Shown here one piece after another: positions 9,390 to 18,531 of a stretch of 60,347 nucleotides of DNA. The translations under genes and the position numbers were made by a program. The stretch is from assembly GCA_016926075.1 (NCBI GenBank), contig JAFGPG010000057.1:1-60347 (forward strand), read 5' to 3'. The notes beneath the pieces were generated by a model. It did no database searches and had not been told where the DNA came from. It saw nothing but the letters and a program-made list of their open reading frames with translations. Position 1 is the first letter of the stretch, and each line of letters starts with the position of its first letter. This stretch comes from Methanomassiliicoccales archaeon. GTDB taxonomy: Archaea; Thermoplasmatota; Thermoplasmata; Methanomassiliicoccales; UBA472.

Positions 9390-10691
9390 ATGGAATGGCA
9401 TGTGAGGGGAGGACGCCGTGTTGACCAGAGCATATCCGTGGGGAACACCCCCCGTGGCACGGAGGTCATCGTGGAGAGCATGCCCTACCTGCACACCGTG
9501 GCCCTATCGGTCACCGCCACGGTGGGTTCGCGGGACGAGCGGAAGAGGGAATCGGGCGTCTCGCACTTCCTCGAGCACATGCTGTTCCGGGGCACCGAGA
9601 GCATGGGCTTCCGGGAGGTCAACGAGAGGATCGAGGCCTCCGGGGGCTATCTCAACGCCTACACCACCCATGAGTTCACCTGCTACTACGCCTTCACCAT
9701 CGACGAGTCCCTGAAGGTGGCCGAGGACCTCCTGGCCGATCTGTTCCTGCACCCCCTCATGGACCCCGCCCTGGTGGAACTGGAACGCAATATCATCAAG
9801 CAGGAGATCGGCATGCGCATGAACGACCCGTCCTCGCACCTGCGCACCAGGATGAACGAGGCGCTGTACAAGGGCAACCCCCTCTCCCGTTCCATACTCG
9901 GTACGCCGTCCAGCCTGGACCACTTCGATTCCCGGTTTCTGCGCGAGTACCATCGCAGCCACTATCATCCCCCGCACGTGGTGGTGTGCGCGGTGGGCAA
10001 CGTGGACCCCCGCCGGGTGATGGAATGGGCCACCCGGTTCGACGATGTGGAGGGGAAGGCCGCCCCCAAGGGACGGAGGACGCCCAAGCAGAACACCGGG
10101 ACGCACTTCTTCACCAAGGAATCGGACCGGGCCTACCTGGGCATAGGACTTCCGGCCTATCCCGCACCCCACCCGCGGGCCATGGCCCAATCACTGCTGA
10201 CCACCATACTGTGCGGGGGGACCTCCTCCCGCCTGAACCACCGCATACGGGAGGTGGAGGGTCTGGTCTACGGCATCAACATGTACCCCCTGGCCTTCCG
10301 GGACTGCGGTTCCCTGCTCACCTACTGCTCCACCTCACTGGAGCAGGTGCCCCGCCTTTTCGACTCCTTCGGTCAGGAGCTGGCCCGTCTGAAGGGGGAG
10401 GGTCTGGAGGCGGGGGAGCTGGAAAAGGCCAAGCTGGCCCAGAAGGGCTCGCTGCTCCGCAACGCCTGCCGCCCTGACCAGAACATGAGCTCGCACCTGC
10501 ACCACTTCCTTGACACGGGTAAAGTGCAGAGCATCGAGGAGCATCTGGAGGAGATCAACTCAGTGACCGAGGAGGAGGTCATGCGCGCGGCCCTGGACAT
10601 ATTGAGAAGGGAAAGGGTATGCACGACCATATGCGCCGGGCAGGGGATGAAGGAGAAGATGATGGAGGCCGCGGCCTCGTTGGATTTCTAG
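9390..10691 (+). CDS. M16 (pitrilysin/insulinase) family Zn peptidase
   Basis: GSRDE...GVSHFLEHMLFRGT (HxxEH), LNAYT, SSRL...IREVEGLVY; start uncertain. Confidence 0.9.
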   Translation: MEWHVRGGRRVDQSISVGNTPRGTEVIVESMPYLHTVALSVTATVGSRDERKRESGVSHFLEHMLFRGTESMGFREVNERIEASGGYLNAYTTHEFTCYYAFTIDESLKVAEDLLADLFLHPLMDPALVELERNIIKQEIGMRMNDPSSHLRTRMNEALYKGNPLSRSILGTPSSLDHFDSRFLREYHRSHYHPPHVVVCAVGNVDPRRVMEWATRFDDVEGKAAPKGRRTPKQNTGTHFFTKESDRAYLGIGLPAYPAPHPRAMAQSLLTTILCGGTSSRLNHRIREVEGLVYGINMYPLAFRDCGSLLTYCSTSLEQVPRLFDSFGQELARLKGEGLEAGELEKAKLAQKGSLLRNACRPDQNMSSHLHHFLDTGKVQSIEEHLEEINSVTEEEVMRAALDILRRERVCTTICAGQGMKEKMMEAAASLDF

Positions 10692-11191
10692 GGCTCCACC
10701 ACGATCAGGGTCTGTCCCCCGTCCACGGTGTCCCCGGGGCGCACCTTGACCTCCTTGACCTTCCCGGCCATCTCGGTCTGCACCTCGTTCTCCATCTTCA
10801 TGGCCTCCAGCACCACCACCACCTGGTCGGCCTGGACGCTGTCCCCGGCCTTGACCTTCACCATCATGATCTTTCCGGGCATGGGAGCCAGGACGGCTCC
10901 TGAGGCGCCATCCTCCTTCCCGCCCTGCTCCATGACCTCCGGCTCGAGATGCTCGATCTCCCTCACCTGGTGCAGCTTGATCTCCATGGTGTTGTCGTTG
11001 GAGGTCACCTTGGCACCGGACTCCAGGTCCCCCTCGATGACCAGTGGCACGACCTCCCCGTTGACCAGCACCTTGTCCTCCTTGAAGAAGCACTTGAACA
11101 CGTGGTCCTCGACGTCCACCCGGTAGTCCCCGCCGTTCTTCTCCACCACCATCTCGTACTCGTGGCCGTTGACCGTCACGCGCAGCTTCAC
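10688..11191 (-). CDS. Biotin carboxyl carrier protein
   Basis: APMPGKI...VLEAMKMENEV biotinylation motif; GTG start overlaps the upstream stop. Confidence 0.92.
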   Translation of the reverse strand: MKLRVTVNGHEYEMVVEKNGGDYRVDVEDHVFKCFFKEDKVLVNGEVVPLVIEGDLESGAKVTSNDNTMEIKLHQVREIEHLEPEVMEQGGKEDGASGAVLAPMPGKIMMVKVKAGDSVQADQVVVVLEAMKMENEVQTEMAGKVKEVKVRPGDTVDGGQTLIVVEP

Positions 11192-12696
11192 AGGGACCAG
11201 CCCCCCTGCCCCATGGCCTCCTTGCGCGCGGCGAACTTCCAGGCGTCCACCCCGCCGCCGGCAGAGGTCCTGCCTGAGACATGCCTCTCCGTGGAGCGCA
11301 TGTAGAGCACGGCCAAGGCGGCCAGGTCCTTGAGGTTGACACCCTTCTCCATCATCTGCCGGTGCTTGAAGTAGTCCAGGGCGACCTGCGGGAACAGGGC
11401 ATAGGAGAGCACGTCCTCCTCCGAACAGGCCATGCTCTCCTTGCAGGCGAACTCCTCGATCTCCTTGCACAGCCTTTCGAACTCCGGCTCCAAGAGGTCC
11501 GCGGGACGTACGGTGATGGGCCTCTCGTCCCCGATGATCCTCTTCCTGATGGCCGGGTCGATGTCCGCCGGCGTCTTGCCGTAGAGCCCCCGCACCAGGT
11601 TCTTGGTCTCGTTGGTGACCATCTTGTAACGCTCTCCGGTGATGACGTTGAGCACGGCCTGGGTGCCCACGATCTGAGAGGTGGGGGTCACCAGCGGAAC
11701 GTGCCCGAGGTCGGCCTTCACCCTGGGGACCTCATCGTACACGTCCGCCAGCCGGTCCTCCTTCTTAGCCTCCCTGAGCTGGGAGATCAGATTGGATATC
11801 ATCCCTCCGGGGATCTGGTACACCAGGACGTTGGTGTCGATGCCGGAGAACCCGCTCTCGAAGGCATGGTACTTCGTGCGTACCCTGTCGAAGTAATCGG
11901 AGATCTCGGTCAATCTCTTGAGGTCCAGACCGGTGTCGTACTCCGTGCCACGGAGCATGGCCACCACCGCCTCGGTAGGGGGCTGGGAGGTGCTCAGGGA
12001 CATGCTGGATATGGCCGTGTCCACTATCTCCGCCCCGGCCTCTATGGCCTTCATGTAGGTGGACATGACCATCCCGGAGGTGGCGTGGCAGTGCACGTGC
12101 ACCGGCAGCCCGATCTCCTCCCTCAACTGTTTGACCAGCTCGTAGGCGTCCATGGGTGCCAGCATGCCGGCCATGTCCTTGATGCAGATGGTGTCCGCGC
12201 CCATCTCCTGAAGCCTGCGGGCGAAGTTGACGTACCCCTCGATGGTGTGCACCGGGGAGATGGTGTAGGAGATGGAGGCCTCCACCACCCCGTTGTACTT
12301 CTTCACCGAACGCATGGCCATCTGCATGTTACGGGGATCGTTCAGCGCGTCGAAGATACGGAACACGTCGATGCCGCGACGCTTGGCGTTCTTGACGAAC
12401 TTCTCCAGGATGTCGTCGGGGTAGTGCCTGTAACCGACGATGTTCTGCCCCCGCAAGAGCATCTGGAAGGGGGTGTTGGGCATCTCCTTCTTGAGCTTGG
12501 TGATGCGTTCCCAGGGATCCTCGCGCAAGAAGCGCAGGCAGGTGTCGAAGGTCGCCCCTCCCCACATCTCCACCGACCAGTAGCCGACCTCGTCCAGCAT
12601 GGCGGCGGCCGGCAGCATGTCCTCCGTCCTCATCCTGGTGGCCAGGAGGGATTGGTGCGCGTCGCGCAACACGGTGTCCGTGATCTTGATCTTCAT
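11188..12696 (-). CDS. Pyruvate/oxaloacetate carboxyltransferase subunit (PycB/OadA/transcarboxylase 5S-like)
   Basis: DTVLRDAHQSLLATRM, WGGATFD, IKDMAG, HCH, PGGMISN, PLVTPTSQIVG; no fused biotin domain. Confidence 0.93.
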   Translation of the reverse strand: MKIKITDTVLRDAHQSLLATRMRTEDMLPAAAMLDEVGYWSVEMWGGATFDTCLRFLREDPWERITKLKKEMPNTPFQMLLRGQNIVGYRHYPDDILEKFVKNAKRRGIDVFRIFDALNDPRNMQMAMRSVKKYNGVVEASISYTISPVHTIEGYVNFARRLQEMGADTICIKDMAGMLAPMDAYELVKQLREEIGLPVHVHCHATSGMVMSTYMKAIEAGAEIVDTAISSMSLSTSQPPTEAVVAMLRGTEYDTGLDLKRLTEISDYFDRVRTKYHAFESGFSGIDTNVLVYQIPGGMISNLISQLREAKKEDRLADVYDEVPRVKADLGHVPLVTPTSQIVGTQAVLNVITGERYKMVTNETKNLVRGLYGKTPADIDPAIRKRIIGDERPITVRPADLLEPEFERLCKEIEEFACKESMACSEEDVLSYALFPQVALDYFKHRQMMEKGVNLKDLAALAVLYMRSTERHVSGRTSAGGGVDAWKFAARKEAMGQGGWSL

Positions 12697-12704
12697 GTCA
12701 CACC

Positions 12705-14279
12705 TCACAGCGGCATGTTGCCGTGCTTCTTGGCCGGGCGGGCCTCGCGCTTGCGGTCCAACATCTCCAGGGCCTCGATGAGGCGCATGCGGGTGTTGTT
12801 GGGCTCAATGATATCGTCCAAGTACCCGCGCTCCGCGGAGAAGAAGGCCGAGGCGTACATCCTGCGGTACTCGGAGATGAGGAAGTCCCTCTTCTCCTGG
12901 GGGTCGTCGGCCATGATCAGCTCCTGCTTGAACACGATGTTGATGGCCCCCTCCGGACCCACGATGGCGATCTCCGCCGTCGGCCAGGCCAGGTTGACGT
13001 CCGACCGCAGATGCTTGGAGCCCATGGCGCAGTAGGCCCCGCCGATGGCCTTGCGGGTGATGACCGTCACCTTGGGACAGCTGGCCTCCGCATAGGCATA
13101 GAGGAGCTTGGTGGCGTCCCTCAGCAGGGAGGAGTTCTCCTGCTCCACACTGGGAAGGTACCCCGGCACGTCCACCAGGGTGACCACGGGGATGTTGAAG
13201 GCGTCGCAGAAGCGAACGAAACGCGCGGCCTTCAGCGAGGAATAGGAGTCCAAGGTCCCCGCCAGGACCATGGGCTGGTTGGCCACGATGCCCACCGACA
13301 TCCCGTCCAGCCGGGCGAACCCGGTGACCACGTTCCTGGCGAAATGCTCCTGGGCCTCCAGGAACTCGCCCTTGTCCACCACCTTGCGCACCACCTCCTT
13401 CATGTCATACGGTTTCATGTAATCGTCAGGGACGATGGTGTCCAGGGACTCCTCCCTCCTCTCCGGGTCGTCCCCCAACGCCTTCTCCGGCGCCTGCTCC
13501 AGGTTGTTGCTTGGCAAGTAGCCCAGCAGCCTGCGCACCTGCTTGACGCACTCCATGTCGTCCTCGGCCACGAAATGCGCGGAACCGGAGCGGGTGGCAT
13601 GGACGCTGGCACCTCCCAGCTCCTCGAAGGTCACCGTCTCGTTCTGCACCGCCTTGATGACGTCCGGACCGACGATGAACATGAAGGCCTTGTCCTTGAC
13701 CATGAAGACGAAGTCGCACAGCATGGGGGCGTAGGCCCCACTGCCCGCGCATGGCCCCATGACCATGGCTATCTGGGGGACGACACCCGAGGCCATGGAG
13801 TGGCGCAGCATGACCTCCCCGTATCCGGCCAGGGAGTCCACTCCCTCCTGCAGGCGGGCGCCCCCGGAATCGTAGAGGCCGATGACCGGGCAACCGGTCT
13901 TGACCGCCAGGTCGATGACCTTGCAGATCTTCTGGGCGTGCATGCGGCCCACTGAACCGGCGAAGACGGTGAAGTCCTGGGCGTAGACGAACACCTGCCT
14001 CCCGTCGATGGTCCCCCTTCCGGTGACCACGCCGTCACCGGACATCCTCTGCTTGTCCATGCCGAAATGATAGGTCTGATGCGAGACGAAGGTGTCCAGT
14101 TCCATGAAGGAGCCCGGGTCCAGCAAGGCGTCGACCCGTTCCCGGGCGGTCATCTTGCCCTGCTTGCGGTGCATCTCCACCCTCTCCGCACCACCGCCGG
14201 CCCGGGACCGCCTCTTCATCTCCCTCAGTTCCTTGACCTTTTCCTCGCCCATGTCTTTCCCCTCGTTATTCGTGCTCAT
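12705..14279 (-). CDS. Acyl-CoA carboxyltransferase (methylmalonyl-CoA CT 12S / PccB / MmdA family)
   Basis: GKMTARERV, DSGGARLQEG, RFCDAFNIP, KKHGNMPL. Confidence 0.93.
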   Translation of the reverse strand: MSTNNEGKDMGEEKVKELREMKRRSRAGGGAERVEMHRKQGKMTARERVDALLDPGSFMELDTFVSHQTYHFGMDKQRMSGDGVVTGRGTIDGRQVFVYAQDFTVFAGSVGRMHAQKICKVIDLAVKTGCPVIGLYDSGGARLQEGVDSLAGYGEVMLRHSMASGVVPQIAMVMGPCAGSGAYAPMLCDFVFMVKDKAFMFIVGPDVIKAVQNETVTFEELGGASVHATRSGSAHFVAEDDMECVKQVRRLLGYLPSNNLEQAPEKALGDDPERREESLDTIVPDDYMKPYDMKEVVRKVVDKGEFLEAQEHFARNVVTGFARLDGMSVGIVANQPMVLAGTLDSYSSLKAARFVRFCDAFNIPVVTLVDVPGYLPSVEQENSSLLRDATKLLYAYAEASCPKVTVITRKAIGGAYCAMGSKHLRSDVNLAWPTAEIAIVGPEGAINIVFKQELIMADDPQEKRDFLISEYRRMYASAFFSAERGYLDDIIEPNNTRMRLIEALEMLDRKREARPAKKHGNMPL

Positions 14280-14281
14280 AG

Positions 14282-15049
14282 CTAATGAACGTTACCTGTT
14301 TCGAAGCGAACTTGACCCTGTTCCAAGGGGAACACCTCATGAACCGAGGTGGCCCTGTAGATCATGCCGTCCTCGGAGCGCAGTACCAGGGAGCCGTCGT
14401 ACTCCAGGTGCATCCCCTTGCCCCTCACCCTCTGGTCCCCCAGGCACAGCTCGACCTCCTGCCCTATGGACTCGGAGTACCTTTCATATAGGGGCACGTC
14501 CCGCTCCCCCCTCCTGAACCTCTGGTACATATCGTCCAGCTTGAAAAGGAGCACATTGAGGAAATGGTCGGGGTCCGTCTCCTTCCCGCACAGCTCCCGC
14601 AGGCTGCCGGCCCCCGGCGAGCGAAGGAGGGCCGGATCGGTGTTCAGATTGACCCCCACCCCCAGGACCATGAAGCGTGGCTCGCCGCCCCTGTAGCAGA
14701 CCTCCGCCAGCACTCCGGCCACCTTGCTCCCTCTCAGCCTCACGTCGTTGGGCCACTTGATACGTGGCACCACATGGCAGCACTCCTCGATGGCCTGGGC
14801 CACCGGAAGGCAGGAGAGCACGGTGAGCATGGTGAGGTCCGGAGCGGGAAGGTCGGGCCGCAGGATGACGGAGAGATAGACCCCTCCTTCCGGCGACTCC
14901 CAGGAGCGTCCTGTGCGTCCCCTGCCAGCACGTTGCCGCCGGGCCGTTATCACGGTACCCTCCGGCTCACCTTCCTGGGCCAAGGCCTTGGCCAGTTCAT
15001 TGGTGGAATCCACCTCGTCCTTCACCAGCACCTTGCGACCTATGAGCAT
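14282..15049 (-). CDS. birA: Biotin--protein ligase
   Basis: DSTN, QRAGRGRTGRSWESP, IKWPND, KVAGVL, GVGVN; start taken at MLIGRK. Confidence 0.92.
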   Translation of the reverse strand: MLIGRKVLVKDEVDSTNELAKALAQEGEPEGTVITARRQRAGRGRTGRSWESPEGGVYLSVILRPDLPAPDLTMLTVLSCLPVAQAIEECCHVVPRIKWPNDVRLRGSKVAGVLAEVCYRGGEPRFMVLGVGVNLNTDPALLRSPGAGSLRELCGKETDPDHFLNVLLFKLDDMYQRFRRGERDVPLYERYSESIGQEVELCLGDQRVRGKGMHLEYDGSLVLRSEDGMIYRATSVHEVFPLEQGQVRFETGNVH

Positions 15050-15059
15050 GCCATTGGCC

Positions 15060-15995
15060 TCAGAAGGAGATGCGTCCCTGACCGCGGAGCCCATAGCCCT
15101 CGCCCAGGGCGATCAGGATGTCCGAGACCGTCCGGTCCAGGTCCCCGGAGGGACCGAGGTCCGCCACCAGGTCCAGTACCATCCGCTGACCATAGACCAG
15201 CACCCGGGACTGCACCGCCAGCAGGTTGACGCCGCTGGCGGCCAGGGCCTCCGTGGTGCGATGGATGGCCCCCGGCAGGTCCGGTATCTCGAAGGACAGC
15301 TCGACCAGCTGGCAGTCCTCCGGCAGGAAGGATATGGACAGCACCCAGGAGTCCACGTCGCCCACCATCATGACCGGGGAGCCCTCCTGGACGCCTTCCA
15401 GGCACTCCAGATAGTCCTTGGGTATGGCGAAGCTCCCGTCCTTGATGGGAGAGGGGGAGCGGGACACCTTGCGAAGGGCCTTGGCCTTGATGCTGGTGGC
15501 CTGGGAGCAGGTCACTCCCTTGGTGTACCGATCGCTGATGTGAGAGGTGCAGATCTCCAGCCCCTCCACCTTGGACAGGGCGGCCGGGCTGCTGCGCCGC
15601 AGGGCGGAGAAGTCCTCCATGAGCTGGGCCGGCTCACCGTAATAGGAGAGGTCCACCAGCATCTTCCATACCATGGATATGCCGCAGGTCATGCTCACCG
15701 AGACGGAGTTCAGTATGTCCACGTTCCGATCGGCCAGGAACTTGGCGGCCTGGGCGCAGGCCCCCGGTGCATCGATCATATGGAAGGTGAGATTGCACAG
15801 CTCCCGATAGTTCTCCGGTCCGAAGGTGGAAAGGACGATCTCATGCCCCCGCGTCCCCTCATGTTCGTACCGGAAGAGGGTGGAATAGACCTGACTTCCG
15901 TCCTCCAGGCCCAGGCGCCGGCGTATCTTTTCCCCTATCCTGACCTTACCGTCCCTTACCCTACCGAAATCCCACAGCTTCATCTCAGGACCCAA
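15060..15995 (-). CDS. Tandem AbrB-like/ACT-domain protein (putative ligand-sensing regulator)
   Basis: Two ACT motifs (DAPGACAQAAKFLADRNVDIL; DLPGAIHRTTEALAASGVNLL), each preceded by an AbrB-like DGKVRIGEKIRRRLGL / DGSFAIPKDY segment. Confidence 0.7.
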   Translation of the reverse strand: MGPEMKLWDFGRVRDGKVRIGEKIRRRLGLEDGSQVYSTLFRYEHEGTRGHEIVLSTFGPENYRELCNLTFHMIDAPGACAQAAKFLADRNVDILNSVSVSMTCGISMVWKMLVDLSYYGEPAQLMEDFSALRRSSPAALSKVEGLEICTSHISDRYTKGVTCSQATSIKAKALRKVSRSPSPIKDGSFAIPKDYLECLEGVQEGSPVMMVGDVDSWVLSISFLPEDCQLVELSFEIPDLPGAIHRTTEALAASGVNLLAVQSRVLVYGQRMVLDLVADLGPSGDLDRTVSDILIALGEGYGLRGQGRISF

Positions 15996-16141
15996 GCGCC
16001 AAATATTCTATCGACTGATAAAGATTGTCATGCGAATCGCAGAAGGATTCAGAATATTCATACGAAAATAATGGATAAATTAACGATAAACTTTGAAATT
16101 GATACGAGAACCGACGATAACCGCACCACGGACCGTCGATT

Positions 16142-16912
16142 TCAGTCCTCGTCCCCCACCAGCTCGTACTCTAGCACCTCCTCCACCCGGCAACGGCAGC
16201 TCAGGCAGTCCGAAAGAGGCTCCGCCTCGGCCATCCTGGCCCCGCGCTCTGTCATGCGACCGACCTTGCCCTCGCAGAGCTCCACCAGCCCGCGGTCCGC
16301 CAGCTCCTGGATGGAGCTTTGCACCGCTTCCCACAGGGCGTTGTCCTCTGGCTCGGTCATGGCCGACGAGACCTGATCCAGGCTGCGCACCGGGGATATG
16401 ACACCGATGACCGAACGATGGACCCCCAGCCGGCGCAGGGAGGGGATGAAGGGGTTGAAGAAGTCGATGCAAAGGCTGTCCAGTTCCATCTCGCTGCATT
16501 CCATCTCCATGGGGACGTGCCACAGCAGGTCAGGCGGTTCAGTGAGATCGTCCCAGATGCTCGGGGAAAGGGTGGCCACCTCCTCCGGGGACAGTTTCCA
16601 GCGCAGCACCAAGGGATAGTTCTTGAGCAGGATGACCAAACTGCCCAGCACGTCCGCCGGGCCGCGCCGGACCGTATGACAAAGGTCCCCGATGTTAAAC
16701 ACCTTCTCCTCTGCCCGCAAACGGGAGCTCCACATGAGGTCGAAGAGCACCATCTTGGGCAGGTTGATGGTGTACATGGAGGTCACCTGATACGGAGTGC
16801 TGAGCAGGGGCTGGCTCTCCTCCTCCACCGTCCGTATCAGTCCTGTGGGGGACACCAGCCAGACCCAGTCCTCCCATAGGTCCTCGGGTATCTCCTCGAA
16901 CGTCAGCTCCAT
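16142..16912 (-). CDS. Hypothetical protein with C-terminal winged-helix-like segment and CxxCxC
   Basis: 256-aa ORF with coding-like composition; IQELADRGLVE...RMTERG; DCLSCRC. Confidence 0.65.
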   Translation of the reverse strand: MELTFEEIPEDLWEDWVWLVSPTGLIRTVEEESQPLLSTPYQVTSMYTINLPKMVLFDLMWSSRLRAEEKVFNIGDLCHTVRRGPADVLGSLVILLKNYPLVLRWKLSPEEVATLSPSIWDDLTEPPDLLWHVPMEMECSEMELDSLCIDFFNPFIPSLRRLGVHRSVIGVISPVRSLDQVSSAMTEPEDNALWEAVQSSIQELADRGLVELCEGKVGRMTERGARMAEAEPLSDCLSCRCRVEEVLEYELVGDED

Positions 16913-16986
16913 GTCCTGTTCGAAACGGGTTCCCCGATTTATAATATACCTCCGTCGGAAGGACGAATGTTAATATAGGACGATTA

Positions 16987-17015
16987 CAGTACTGCTCTAC
17001 CTAGTAGATATCTAC
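16987..17015. promoter_or_regulatory. Palindromic operator candidate upstream of padR operon
   Basis: CAGTACTG, TCTAC-cta-GTAGA and perfect GTAGATATCTAC (17004-17015) between an AT-rich TATA-like box and the ATG. Confidence 0.5.
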
Positions 17016-17031
17016 CTATGGAGCCGGTCAC

Positions 17032-17520
17032 ATGATGGGAAAAGTGCACAATTACAAGGGCAATCGCATCAGCGCCTCTCAGCTGATAATGATGGTGCTG
17101 CTCCTGGAGCGACCCATGTACGGATACGAGCTGTTGAAGGTCCTGAGGGAGAAATACGAGGGCATATGGGAGCCGCAGACCGGTTCTATCTATCCGGCGC
17201 TGCGTCGACTTCAGGACCACGGACTGCTCGACGTCGACAACGTGGACGGCAAGGACAATTACTCGCTCAGCGACGAGGGGAGGGGATGGTTGGAGGAAAC
17301 TCTCGGCTCGTTGAGCTCGGGCGTGCTCTTCATGTCCCGTACCATGGAACTGCTGGGCAAGGTCGCCCTGGGGGAGGGCGGCCGCAACAAGTACGTTCCC
17401 CTGGAAGAGGAACCACCGGAGACCAGATTGAGGACCATGCTGGAGATCCGCGATGCCATGAGGAACAATCTCAGGTGGATAGAGGAGCACATCAAGGAGA
17501 TAGAGCGGGAGGTCGGTTAA
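17032..17520 (+). CDS. PadR family transcriptional regulator
   Basis: PMYGYELLK, GSIYPALRRL, YSLSDEG. Confidence 0.92.
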   Translation: MMGKVHNYKGNRISASQLIMMVLLLERPMYGYELLKVLREKYEGIWEPQTGSIYPALRRLQDHGLLDVDNVDGKDNYSLSDEGRGWLEETLGSLSSGVLFMSRTMELLGKVALGEGGRNKYVPLEEEPPETRLRTMLEIRDAMRNNLRWIEEHIKEIEREVG

Positions 17521-18527
17521 TGAGCGCTATCATCGAGGTGAGGGACCTGGTGAAGGTCTACAACGGCTCGATCAGGGCCGTGGACGGAATAACTTTCGAG
17601 GTGGAGGAGGGGGAGATCTTCGGTTTCCTCGGTCCCAACGGAGCGGGGAAGACCACCACCATATCCATGATCACCACCCTCCTGGGGATCACGGAGGGGG
17701 CCATAAAGGTGGGCGGTCACGATGTGGAAAAGGAGCCCACCGAGGTGAGGAAGGTCATCGGGCTGGTCCCTCAGGAGCTGACGGTGGACGACGATCTGAC
17801 CGGCAGGGAGAACATGCAGCTACAGGCCGACCTTTACGATGTCCCGAGGGAGCTGGCACACGAGAGGATCGAGGAACTGCTGCGATTGGTGGACCTCAAG
17901 GACGCCGCGGACCGTTTCGTGCGGACCTACTCCGGCGGCATGCGCAAGCGCTTGGAACTGGCCGAGGGGCTCATTCACAGGCCCAGTGTGCTCTTCCTGG
18001 ACGAACCGACGCTGGGCCTGGACGTGCAGACCAGAGCCGTCATGTGGGAGCACATCCGGAAACTGAAAAAGGAGTCCAACATGACGGTGTTCCTGACCAC
18101 CCACTACCTGGAGGAGGCGGATTCCCTGTGCGACCGCATCGGCATCATCGACAGGGGCAAGATCATGGCCCTGGACTCCCCGACCAGGTTGAAGGAGAAC
18201 CTGGGAGGGGACATCATCGAGATGACCGTCGAGGGGGAAGGTGACTTCTCCAACCTACTGGCGCAGGCGTGCAACGGCGAATGCAACCCGAGGGACGGTA
18301 ACAGATACCGCATCAAGGTGAGGAACGGCGAGCTCCAGATACCCCGCCTGCTGAGGTCCGTGACCGACCAGGGCGGGCAGGTGCTCTCGGTCAGCCTCAC
18401 CAGACCCAACCTGGACCAGGTCTTCCTGGAGTACACAGGAAGGTCACTGAGGGACGCGGAACAGAGCACGGTGACCAATCGAGGAGAGAGGATGGCCCAG
18501 GCCAGGCAGATGGCCAGGAGGAGGTGA
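17520..18527 (+). CDS. ABC exporter ATP-binding protein (DrrA-like)
   Basis: GPNGAGKTT, YSGGMRKRLE, LFLDEPT; TAATG coupling to padR. Confidence 0.93.
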   Translation: MSAIIEVRDLVKVYNGSIRAVDGITFEVEEGEIFGFLGPNGAGKTTTISMITTLLGITEGAIKVGGHDVEKEPTEVRKVIGLVPQELTVDDDLTGRENMQLQADLYDVPRELAHERIEELLRLVDLKDAADRFVRTYSGGMRKRLELAEGLIHRPSVLFLDEPTLGLDVQTRAVMWEHIRKLKKESNMTVFLTTHYLEEADSLCDRIGIIDRGKIMALDSPTRLKENLGGDIIEMTVEGEGDFSNLLAQACNGECNPRDGNRYRIKVRNGELQIPRLLRSVTDQGGQVLSVSLTRPNLDQVFLEYTGRSLRDAEQSTVTNRGERMAQARQMARRR

Positions 18528-18531
18528 TGGC

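Noticed and set aside
11281..13955. Long plus-strand ORFs (584 and 410 aa)
   Set aside because: Antisense shadows of the GC3-rich carboxyltransferase genes
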